Assembly (NCBI GenBank): GCA_001179505.1
Contig: CDMY01000783.1
Span: 1-20,297, forward strand
DNA: 20,297 bases
Direction of reading: 5' to 3'
Origin: Vitrella brassicaformis CCMP3155
Lineage: Eukaryota > Protista > Chromerida
Of the stretch, positions 11,148-20,297 are shown piece after piece. The number at the start of each line of letters is the position of its first letter. Position 1 is the stretch's first letter. The notes under the pieces were generated by a model, which did not search any database, was not told where the DNA came from, and saw only the letters and a program-made list of their open reading frames with translations. The position numbers and the translations under genes were made by a program.

Positions 11148-11390
11148 CAGACGATTAAGCGAAGTGGCGGAACAACGAGTCAAGGGCGACCCTGAGCAAT
11201 ACCTGAGCAACAGAACAGCAAACAAAATAGGCGCCAGAGGTGAACAAGGATGTGTGAATGACCTCTCTCTTAATCGCTTGACATCTCAGCCACGGGCAAC
11301 ACTGTGTTGGCACAAATGTGCGCACAACACTGGTGGTGCCCTCTGGGGTACCCTGTGAAAGCTTTCTAGTGAGGTGGAACCCTTGTCAAC

Positions 11391-12112
11391 GCGTGTTTGT
11401 CCTGCCGTGCTCCTTCTTTCTTCTCTAAACAGCCTTCGGCCCGGAGATCTGGATGGCGATGGCGGTTGCAACGCGGCGGTTGCAACGGAGGCGCCCAAAA
11501 CGGCGGGAGGACGACAAGAGAAGCGCCACGACGGGCAACGGAGAGCCGGGACTCTTTGAGTGCTTCTCTACGGCGCCATGTTGCGGCCCGCATGTGTGGT
11601 GCTTCTGGTCCTCGCGGGGCTGGTTGTGGGTGGTGCAGACGTCCGCTCCCTTCAAGTGAAGCCCGCGCCGAGCCATCCCCACAAGGGCCAACATCCACCT
11701 CACCCAAAGAGCGGGCCGACTAACAGCAAGGGAAAAGGCAAGGAACAAGGAGGGAAGGGCAAAGGCAATGGCAGCGGCAAGGGGAAGTGGCAGACGAAGG
11801 ACCTCACATGCCAGGTAAGACGACCCTCACAGACAAGCGGCGTGTCGGTCGGGAAGTGGCTGATTGTGCGCGGTGTTTGCAGAGTGACGTTCTTCTAAGC
11901 GCGTCAGAACAGTCGTCCGAAAGCAGGGCCATCTCTGACATTGTCACCCGTAAGTCTGGCGTGCCGCTGCTCGTCACGACACATGAGGTGAACCAGTGCC
12001 CTCTCTGTGCCTGTCTGTGCATGTGTGTATGTCAGCGTCGGACAGTCAGCAAGTGCCCATCGGTGTCGAGGTTCAATCAGGCTTCGCCGAGCTTGGTGTC
12101 AACGACATTCGG
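11391..12112 (+). repeat. 5' duplicated block of paralogue X1 (upstream region plus first exons/introns)
   Basis: Aligns with about 15925-16643 at an offset of about 4529. By eye, 11541-11807 is identical to 16070-16336. Confidence 0.92.
11461..11486 (+). promoter_or_regulatory. Tandem GGCGGTTGCAAC x2 (contains palindrome GTTGCAAC) about 90 bp upstream of the X1 ATG
   Basis: Direct 12-mer repeat with period 14, exactly conserved at 15993-16018 upstream of X2 while neighbouring bases vary. Function is inferred. Confidence 0.4.
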
Positions 12113-14638
12113 ATCGTCGGTGTGAATGAAGGTTTTCTCTTCACGGAGCTTCGGCTTGACTGTGGATCGAACCCTACTCCACTCGGTGAAGTGATCGACG
12201 CTTCAGTCACTTTCCGGTTTGGCGTTCCTCTCGGCGATGGCTCCTATGATGCGACTGAGGATGCGATCTGCAACGTGCAAGTGCAATGTGGATCAATAGG
12301 TGAGGTGATGCAAGGCTTGCTTTGGCGGCACCCGTCCTGGTTATCTGTCCCTCTGCCTTCACCAGAGCCGCCAACTGAAGCGCCTGCGCCAACAGAGGCA
12401 CCGACACCCACGTGCAGGGTTAGAGCAAGAGGCGTTCCATCCCATGATATCGCGCTCCATGTGCTTGTTCAACCGCTAATTTGGACTCGTTTTGAACAGG
12501 ATGTGTCGTTGTCGACGAGGCAAGGAAACAAATTTTCTCGCGACATCGCACAATTTGTCGGATGTAAGAGCTATACAGCCTCCATTTTCCCCCCATGTGC
12601 CCATGCCTATATTTGCGCTTCGAACAGCGACGCCTGACAGGGTGGTGACTAGAGTCGATATCCCGGCAAAATTCGAATCTTTTGGTAGCAACGATATCAA
12701 GATAACGGCGCTGCAGGAGGACTCGCCGTCAAGACGATTCACGGCTGTGGAATTGGAGTGCGGCGACGATGCCAGTCCCCTGGACCGTAGTGAGACAATC
12801 GCGGTACCCGTACATGCCTCAAGACACAGAAGAAGTAAAATTGAAACGTGGCTGGGGCTATGTTGCACAGATCACGTTCGAATTTGCGAGGCCCACCGGC
12901 GATGGTGGTTACGTCGATCCAGTCAGCGCCACGTGCGATGTGCGAATCGACTGCATGTCGAGAGGTAGGTATGGAGGAAGCACGATAGAGGCCACTTGGC
13001 TTCTGACAGTGATAGTGTGGCTTGGGTGTTGTCACATTTTCAGACGAGCCGCCTCCAGCGCAGCCTCCCCCACCACCCCCTCCTCGTAAGCTGTCGAGAG
13101 CACAGAAGGCACCCAAAAGCTGATATGAATCTGTTTCGCTTCTCCTTCCTTCCGTGCGCCTGATTCCCTTCGTGCAGCTCCGCGGCCGCCTCCTCCACGT
13201 AGGATGGGCTAACACATGAGACACCAATACGAAACGAAGGAATGCTCTCCTCTCCCAGCGCCACCTCCTCCTGCTCCTCCTCGCCCGCATCCACCTCCCC
13301 CACCACGTGAGCAACCGAGTGATCAGCCAGCAAGCAAGACTGAGCTCATTTTGTGGTGCGTCTGTCGGTGCCATGTGTGTTCCTTACAGCCCCTCCCCCA
13401 CCCCCACCACCACCTCCTCCCCCGCCGCCTTCTCCTCAGCCGTCAGTCACATGTCGGGTGAGCGGTGGAGTGCCAATGGTGCACCGGCTTGGGTGCTGAT
13501 AGTGTGCATGTTATATTTCGTGCAGGATGGGCATATCTCTGCGCCACAGTCATCATTCAACTTCAAAGACATCGCTGAGTTCGCCAGTAGGCTAAGCCGG
13601 CAGCATTCGTAGATATGAACGTGAATTTCTGCATTTTGTGCACACTTGTCAGCGTCGTCGGATCGTTTGGTGATTGGTATAAACGTGCAGGCTCCGTTTG
13701 ATGAGCTACGCACCAACGACATACGGTAAGCCGGGGCCCACTGACCCACAAATCGCCAGGTGTAACATGTGATGTTGTCACCTGGCGATTCAGATTGTCT
13801 GGGAAGAAGAATGACCCTGACAAGCCGTTCAGGTTCACAGCACTTAAGCTGCAATGTGGCAAGTTCCCCAACCCACTAGACAGAGAAGTCGATGTGCCGG
13901 TAAGTGGAGCTAAGACATTTGTGCATTACGCCGTGTGCGTATCCTGTTTTATCGCGTGGCAGGTAAAGTTTAGCTTTGGCCGGAAGCCCAACGGTGGCGA
14001 ATACGTGGACACTGTGTCGGCCGAGTGCAACGTGCGGGTAACCTGCACTTCGGAACGTAAGGAGGGAAAGAAAGGTCCCGAGAGGGATGACTGTGATGAC
14101 TTTCTTGACATCTGATTGACCCTCTTTCGCTCGCTCCAGCCGATTACAGCCCCCCTGCCGTCATCTGCAACAAAGCGCAGGCAAGAATCACAACCCACTT
14201 GGACTCCAAGAAGCTCAAACAGATCACGTAAGGACAAATGCGCAGGCACACGAGGATTGCAGGAAGACGTCTGTCTGCCATGTGTGTTGTCGTCCATTAG
14301 GCGATTTGCGTTCGTCAAGGGCTATGGATTCTGGCGAGCGAGTGAGGTTGTCGTGCCATTCCCGTTTGACAAGACGAGGGGCAGCATCTACCACTTTGGT
14401 CGAAATATCAAATTGAAGCCAAAGCTCGACATCCAGGCACTCAAGCTCAAGTGCGGCAGATTCGCGACTCCAAGCAACAAGGTATGGACACGTATCCGTC
14501 TACTGATGTCAATGAGTCTTTCTTCGTATGTGCTGTGAGCAGACTGTCCGCCTGCCCGTCTTCTTCAAATTCCGCGACGACATAAGCGGCAACGAAGTCT
14601 TCCGAACATGCCCCGTATCTCTGAAGTGTACATTCTAG
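11578..14638 (+). CDS. Secreted proline-rich modular protein X1: signal peptide, H/P- and K/G-rich segment, four ~110-aa 4-Cys domains with polyproline linkers
   Basis: MLRPACVVLLVLAGLVVGGA is the signal peptide. Domains: D1 TCQ|SDV..LDCG..ICNVQVQCG; D2 TCR|DVS..LECG..TCDVRIDC; D3 TCR|DGH..LQCG..ECNVRVTC; D4 ICNK..LKCG..TCPVSLKCTF, ending at TAG 14636-14638. Canonical GT-AG sites join the exons in frame. Confidence 0.82.
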
Positions 14639-14739
14639 CACACTACTGACTTGTTGTTCTTTTTTGCCCACGGCGACACGCACAAGCTTTTGACGGATGA
14701 GGTGCGGTGGGGTTGAGTGACCGTTGGCTTCCTGTGTCC

Positions 14740-14948
14740 CTTTTGTGAGAGGCAGAGTGGTGGGCTGGGGTATGGATTGCACACAGAGGAGCCCTTTTGT
14801 CCAGTGAGATCGTGAGCTATTTGGTGCGTGTGATGCGCGAATTTTCCGGAGAGATGGGGAGGGGAGGTGCACACTTCTGGCCGCGCATGCGCCACTGCCA
14901 ATTTTCGCTCACATTGTCCTGACGGCTGCTGTCCCTGGACCGCGTATT
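14740..14948 (+). repeat. Repeat B copy 1 (3'-flank block of X1)
   Basis: 209 bp with only 4 mismatches to 18967-19175 by eye. Weaker similarity continues to about 15150/19400. Confidence 0.92.
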
Positions 14949-15150
14949 GGTGTCCGTTTTGTACTTGTATGCTTATCTCTGTACTCCCTAACCACGGTAT
15001 CCTCCGTGTGCTTGGCTGGTGGGCTGAGGGGGTCGCGCTCATCACATCATTTGCCGCCATGCTTGTCTATCGCACATCATTCACACGATAGAAGGCCCAC
15101 TTGTTTTCTTCACTTTGAGTGATTTTTCTGAACTGTGCTTGCGCCAAAAG

Positions 15151-15864
15151 ACGACAGACGCTCCTTTTTATCGTGGCAGAGCCTTCACAGCGAATCATGA
15201 AACAGTGTTGCGCGCCTAAGTTCCGCCATCATCTGCGGCGTCAATGACTTCAAGTTGGTGGTGGTTCAGCAACTTTTTGGCTCCCCCGTGTGATTCAAGA
15301 GGTGACTTCGCGACACAAACCAGACACAAGCCACCAGAAAATCTTCCATATGCCAAGAAAGCCCACCCAGTCATGTCTCAAGCCGCATCTCAGCCGCCCC
15401 GGGTTTCCTCCAATGAGCATCTTAACTGAGAGGAACGGCACTGAAGCATTTTACTTGTCACAGAGGGATCCCTCTGCCCCTTTCAAAGACCCCCAAAAAT
15501 CATTTTCGGAAATCCTCTCTCCGGCCGTTTCTCGCCAACGGTCAAGGTTTCTCTTGCATCCGAGCTGTTCAGTTCAAATAAACCATGCCATGCTGTCGTC
15601 TATCATCCAAAGGTGGATTTCATGCCCCTTACACGAGCCCCAAAATTGGTCAGAAAATGAGGTGGTGTCTCTGACCCCAGCCAGTGGCCCCTGCTTGTGT
15701 CTCTGACACACAGTCGCAGACATAAGGCACGTCACCAGACTCGTGATATCTTTCTCTCCTGAGCCAATCAGATCTCCAAAATCACACAATAGCCTGCTGC
15801 CACGAAAAGATGCCCATGCATGCGCTCATGCCATCGTGAACTCACCGTAAAACCGCGCACCCTA
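15151..15864 (+). repeat. Repeat A copy 2
   Basis: Colinear with copies 1 and 3, with small indels near its 5' end. Ends accgcgcaccctaa. Confidence 0.92.
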
Positions 15865-15924
15865 ATCACCTGATGACACGTGCTTCTTGATGGGATAGAT
15901 CTCACAGAGCGAGATCTCTCTCTT

Positions 15925-16643
15925 GTGTGTGCCCTGCCCTGCTCATTCTTTCTTTGCTAAACAGCCTTCGGCACTGGGATCTGGATGGCGGCGGCGGTTG
16001 CAACGCGGCGGTTGCAACGGAGGCGCCCAAAACGGCGGGAAGACGACAAGAAGCGCCAGACGGGCACAAGAGAGCCGGGACTCTTTGAGTGCTTCTCTAC
16101 GGCGCCATGTTGCGGCCCGCATGTGTGGTGCTTCTGGTCCTCGCGGGGCTGGTTGTGGGTGGTGCAGACGTCCGCTCCCTTCAAGTGAAGCCCGCGCCGA
16201 GCCATCCCCACAAGGGCCAACATCCACCTCACCCAAAGAGCGGGCCGACTAACAGCAAGGGAAAAGGCAAGGAACAAGGAGGGAAGGGCAAAGGCAATGG
16301 CAGCGGCAAGGGGAAGTGGCAGACGAAGGACCTCACGTGCCAGGTAAGACGATCCTCACAGACAAGAGGCGTGTCGGTCGGGAAGTGGCTGACTGTGTGC
16401 GATGTTTGCAGAGTGACGTTCTTCTAAGCGCATCAGAACAGTCGTCCGAAAGCAGGGCCATCTCTGACATCGTCACATGTAAGTCTGGCGTGCCACTGCT
16501 CGTCACGACACATGGGGTGAACCAGTGCCCTCTCTGTGCCTGTCTGTGCATTTGTGAATATGTCAGCGTCGGACAGGCAGCAAGTGCCCATCGGTGTCGA
16601 GGTTCAATCAGGCTTCGCCGAGCTGGGTGTCAACGACATTCGG
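15925..16643 (+). repeat. 5' duplicated block of paralogue X2
   Basis: Near-identical partner of 11391-12112. Confidence 0.92.
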
Positions 16644-18861
16644 CTCGTTGCCCTGAATGAGGACCCGGCATCCCCAACACGCTTCACGGCGCTTCGGCTT
16701 GACTGCGGCGCCAACCCTTTCCCACTTGGCGAACCCACCGATGTGTCAGTGGACTTTGAGTTCTGCTCTCCCCTCTGCAATGAGCCGGGCTATGACGCTG
16801 AGACTGTCACGTGCAGCCTACAAGTTCAGTGTGGCTCGTCAACTACTCCAAGTAGGGAATGCCCGACGGTCTGCATCTTCGTATTGCAGCGCTTTGTCCC
16901 TTCCAGTGGTGTCGACCTTACCGCCTTCAGAGCCGATCGTGACTCCCCCTCCACCACCACCGGCTCCTGTCCAGCCCCCTACCTGTCGGGTACCTATGCC
17001 GTGCACCGCACTTATCATTCCGCACGAATGTGAGTTGTTTCTCTCTCTCTCGTTCCGTTTTCTCTTTTTTTTGCAGAACTTCTTCCTCTCTACGACCCAG
17101 GGATCATCGGCCAGCAAGGGCCTCGCCTCCTTTGGTAAGGGAGAGACAGCGATGTTCCTTTTACAGACCCGATTGGAGTATGGATGGCTGTTGTGACTCA
17201 GTGACGTCTGAGGGATTGGCCATTGGAGTCAATGTGCCACAACCATTCAAGCAACTCGGCCCCAATGGCATCCGGCTGGTTGGTTTGCGAAATGACGCTG
17301 AAATGGATCAGAAGTTTACCGACGTCCAGCTGACCTGCGGCCCGTCTCCGCGCCAGCTGGGCCAGACTCTGACTGTCCCAGGTAAGCAGCAGGGCACGAG
17401 AATCCACCTGAGAGTACTTCATCATGTGCTCTGGCTGACAGTGACCTTTGATTTCGGAAAGAGAGCAAACGGGGGCTATGAGGAGACTGTCAGCGCGACC
17501 TGCGGCGTCAGAATCAGATGCAATGCGAGAGGGCCGCCTCCGCCACCACCCCCACCACCGCCGCCACCTGTCCCCCCACCGCCCCCACCCCCTCCCCCTC
17601 CCCCACCCCCTACTTGTCGGGTAATATACCCACCGCACTTATCCTCTGCACTGATGTGGGTTGTTTCTCTCTTTCTTTCTCACTCTCTTTCTGCGTTGCA
17701 GAATTTCTTCCTTTCCACGACGCAGGGCTCCACCGTCAAAAAGGGGATTGACTCGTTCGCTACATGTAATTAGTTTTTCTGTTTCACGGTTTCCATATAG
17801 GATGTGCCTTCCTGTTGATTTACTTCAGCAACGTCTGACCGAGTTGTCATCGGCGTCAATGTACCATTCCCTTGGACATTCATGGGTCCCAACGACATTC
17901 GCCTGCTGGGTTTGCGAAACGACCCCGCCATGGAGAACCGATTCACCGCCATCCAGCTGAAGTGCGGGGCCTCTCCGCGCCCTCTCGGGCAGACTCGAAC
18001 CGTCCCAGGTCGGTTGACAGCAAGAGAATGGACAGGAGCAGACACATGCTTTTATTGACTGATTTCGAACGCAGTCGAATTCGAGTTTGGCAAGAAGGCT
18101 AATGGTGGGTATACAGATACCGTCCGTGGCACATGCGATGTCCGAATCAGATGCAACCAGAAGAGTGAGAAGACAAGCAACTGAAGCGTCTATCCATGTG
18201 ATGTGATATTTCTTGTCCTTATCAGGCCCTCCGCCTCCCCCTCCCCCTCGCCCACCTCCCCCACCACGTGAGCCACCGAGTCATTAGCCTACAAGAGTGA
18301 GCTCATTTCATGGTGCGTCTGTCGGCGCCTTGTGTGTTTCATGCAGCCCCTCCCCCACCCCCTCCGCCGCCGCCAGGCCCACAGCCCAAGATAGTGTGCA
18401 GGAGGAGGAGAATCTTCACCACAAGAGGGACAAAGACGCTCAAAGCCGTCACGTAAGGGCACCATGCAGGATGACGTCGGCGCAGGCAAATGACTCCCCT
18501 CTTCCATACGTTCTTGACAGGACCTTCGCCGCCGTCCGTAATGCTGGTGTTGGTTGGCGTGCGGTTGGTGCCAGGGTGCCGGTGGCATTCAGGACGCTGG
18601 CCGGCGGCCGGAACCAGTTCGCCAGGGACATCAAGCTCCAGTTCAAGAAGAACAGGCAGCAAATCAAGCTCAAGTGCGGCAGATTTCCCAAGCCACTGGG
18701 CAAGGTGAGATGAAAACGGCTGATGTTTGGAGCAGTGCACCCGCATTCAGCTGCTGGTTGTTTTCATTCTGCAGCAACTCACGGTCCCGGTCTTCTTCCG
18801 GTTCAGACGGGGGAATCATGAGCTCTGCAAGACCTGCGACGTTTTCGTCACTTGTCAATAG
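16107..18861 (+). CDS. Secreted proline-rich modular protein X2 (paralogue of X1), four 4-Cys domains with polyproline linkers
   Basis: Same signal peptide and exon 1 as X1. Domains: D1 ..LDCG..TCSLQVQCG; D2 TCR|NFFLSTTQG..LTCG..TCGVRIRC; D3 TCR|NFFLSTTQG..LKCG..TCDVRIRC; D4 IVCRRRR..LKCG..TCDVFVTCQ, ending at TAG 18859-18861. A near-pure poly-Pro linker lies at about 17534-17612. Confidence 0.82.
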
Positions 18862-18966
18862 ATGTTTGCACTGCTTTCTATGAGCACCAACGAACGGCTG
18901 CTGCAAAAGGAAGATCCGTACACGTGGTTGCGTGAGGGAATTGTGTATCCCTTTTGCTCTCCCTGT

Positions 18967-19175
18967 CTTTTGTGAGAGGCAGAGTGGTGGGCTGGGGTAT
19001 GGATTGCACACAGAGAAGCCCTTTTGTCCAGTGAGATCGTGAGCTATTTGGTGCGTGTGATGCGCGAATTTTCCGGAGAGATGGGGAGGGGAGGTGCACA
19101 CCTCTGGCCGCGCATGCGCCACTGCCAATTTTCGCTCACGTTGTCCTGACGGCTGCTGTCCCTAGACCGCGTATT
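18967..19175 (+). repeat. Repeat B copy 2 (3'-flank block of X2)
   Basis: About 98% identical to 14740-14948. Confidence 0.92.
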
Positions 19176-19400
19176 TGTGTCTGTTTGTACTTCTGTGCTC
19201 CACATCCAGTCGGTATCTGTGTACTACTTCGTAAGCGCCGTGTCCTTCATGTGTTTGGCTGGTTGGCTGAGGGGATCGCTTGCATGCTCATCACATCATT
19301 TGCCGTCATGCTTGTCTATCGCACACCATTCAAACGATAGAAGACCCATTTGTTTTTCTTTCGTTTGGGTGGTTTTTCTGAACTGTGCTTGCGCTTAAAG

Positions 19401-20123
19401 ACGAAAAATGGTCATTGTCATGACGGAGCCTTCACAGCGACTCACGAATCTTTTGGCAAGAGCCATGCAAAGAGTGTTGCGCGCCCTCCGATCCCTCCAT
19501 CATCTGCGCGTCAATGACTTGGTGGTTCAGCGAGCTGCAGCCCGAGAGGCAGTAGAGTCTTTGTGGGCTTCCCTGTGTGGCAGTCATTTCGCGACAAAAC
19601 AAAACTTAAGCCACGACAAAGTCTTCGGAGTCCATACGCACAAGAAAGTTCACCCAGTCAAAGTCTCGAGCCGCATCTCGGCCCCGGTCGGGTTTCCTCC
19701 AATGAGCATCTTAACTAAGAGAAACGGCACTGAGGCATTTTCCTCGTCACAGAGGGATCCCTCCTGCCCTTTCAAAGACCCCAAAAAATCATTTTCGAAA
19801 TCCTATCTCCAGCCGTTTCTTCGCCAACGGTCAAGGTTTCTCTTGCACCCGAGCTGTTCAGTCCAAACCAGGGCACGCTATCGCCTACCATCCAGAGGAG
19901 GATTTCATACGCGTTACACGAGCCCCAAAATTGGTCAGAAAATGAGGTCGTGTCTCTGACCCCAGCCAGTGGCCTCTGCAGCTTGTGTCTCTGACACACA
20001 TCTCAGACATCAGGCACGTCACCAGACTCGTGATATCCTTCTCTCCCGAGCCATTCAGACCTCCTCCCGCGCCAGACGCCCATGCATGCTCCCAGGGAAC
20101 TCTCCGTAGAACCGCGCACCCTA
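19401..20123 (+). repeat. Repeat A copy 3
   Basis: Colinear with copies 1 and 2. Ends accgcgcaccctaa. Confidence 0.92.
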
Positions 20124-20297
20124 ACCCCCGCAGCAATTTGATCTGGACTGGGACGAAAACCGTTTTCATCATTCTTGTGCGAAAAAGGCCGGTGAGGACC
20201 TTTCCTGTAGTTAGCTGAATAGAGGATCTGCTGGGCGGTAAGTCCCAGAGTAAGAGTGCTTTTACTTTAATAAGACCGATGGACTGGCCAGTCAGTC

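Noticed and set aside
11366-11748. Minus-strand and alternative-frame ORFs conserved between 11366-11748 and 15943-16277
   Set aside because: These are shadows of the near-identical duplicated block; the signal-peptide frame with canonical splicing explains the region.
6706-15864. LTR retrotransposon (A copies as LTRs with a protease just inside)
   Set aside because: There are no gag, RT, RNase H or integrase motifs, no TG...CA termini and no evident PBS, and the interval contains a multi-intron host-type gene.
15858-15866. Telomere-like CCCTAA at the ends of A copies 2 and 3
   Set aside because: A single unit only, and copy 1 reads CCCTAT.

Overview
Intron-dense eukaryotic DNA (GC-rich, short GT-AG introns of about 50-100 nt, often GT/CT-rich). 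This style resembles chromerid alveolates such as Vitrella, but the source cannot be confirmed from sequence alone. Most ORFs in the supplied track are exon fragments or shadow frames, so genes were rebuilt by hand from splice signals. Layout: (1) a head-to-head pair of secreted, bacterial-type arylsulfotransferase (ASST) paralogues with an N-terminal Ig-like domain (<1-2588 minus; about 2794-6288 plus); (2) a ~740-bp non-coding repeat A in three direct copies (about 6706-7452, 15151-15864, 19401-20123); (3) a ~3.9-kb block with largely intronless coding bodies: a retropepsin-like ORF with a degenerate active site, convergent with a frameshifted Crinkler/RHS-type P-loop NTPase + PD-(D/E)xK nuclease gene that has a signal+transit-peptide-like leader upstream; (4) two tandem paralogous secreted proteins (11578-14638, 16107-18861) built of four copies of a ~110-aa four-Cys domain I cannot assign to a family, joined by polyproline linkers partly encoded by symmetric micro-exons. 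Their 5' and 3' ends are nearly identical while their middles are highly diverged.
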